Positions 63,722 through 64,000 of a stretch of 64,000 nt of DNA are shown piece after piece. Under the pieces are notes generated by a model. It was given only the letters and a program-made list of their open reading frames with translations, was not told the origin of the DNA and made no database searches. Position numbers and translations under genes: made by a program. Position 1 is the stretch's first letter. Each line of letters begins with the position of its first letter. This stretch comes from Hamiltosporidium tvaerminnensis FI-OER-3-3 (Eukaryota > Fungi > Microsporidia). The stretch is from the NCBI GenBank assembly GCA_022605425.2, contig JAKIMF020000001.1, positions 1,116,001 through 1,180,000 of the forward strand, in the 5' to 3' direction.

Positions 63722-64000
63722 GGTTTTGTTTTATTTTGGGGATAAATATTTTTAATAACAAGATTTTGACGGTTTAGTTACTGAGGTAATGAGAATAAAT
63801 ATAAATTTTTTAAACAGAAATTATAAGTTAGAATATTGATCCAAAAATAAATGAATAATACATTAGATTGAAGTAGAAATTTTATTTTATAAAAGAATCA
63901 CTGGATTGAAAAGAATTTCTTATTTTTTCTAAAAGAATAATTTTTATTATAATTTTTTAAGAGACACATTGAATTGAAGTAGAGAAAGTTTTTTACATTT

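Noticed and set aside
1-64000. tRNA, rRNA, CRISPR arrays, telomeric repeats
   Set aside because: None recognised by eye; a tRNAscan or Rfam run would be needed to exclude divergent small RNAs.

Overview
Very AT-rich, gene-sparse eukaryotic DNA, most consistent with a large-genome microsporidian. The basis is compact intronless genes, CCC-like motifs just upstream of start codons and an LRR family gene; a Hamiltosporidium-like identity is inference only. Host genes: ORC1/CDC6-family ATPase and a KH-domain protein (both present twice through a near-identical inverted duplication, 1-~2500 vs ~29720-32218), PIG-A, mevalonate kinase, an AP-complex mu subunit, a P4-ATPase flippase, an LRR protein, a divergent ferritin-like protein, a CSA/Rad28-like WD40 protein and one hypothetical protein. 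Three of these genes are split by single frameshifts. Intergenic space holds many copies, at different stages of decay, of one RLE-type (R4/Dong-like) non-LTR retrotransposon; one copy is full length with an exact 18-bp TSD. The most unusual signal is a set of non-coding, apparently retroposed, structured RNA elements. These are (i) a ~730-nt element in 2 copies with a C(UUCG)G hairpin, many stems and a pseudoknot, (ii) a ~210-nt SINE-like element in 4 copies that shares the same ~100-nt head and ends in a conserved GNRA-type stem-loop, and (iii) a short RTE-like bipartite element carrying a structured 5' motif. All alignments and folds were done by eye.
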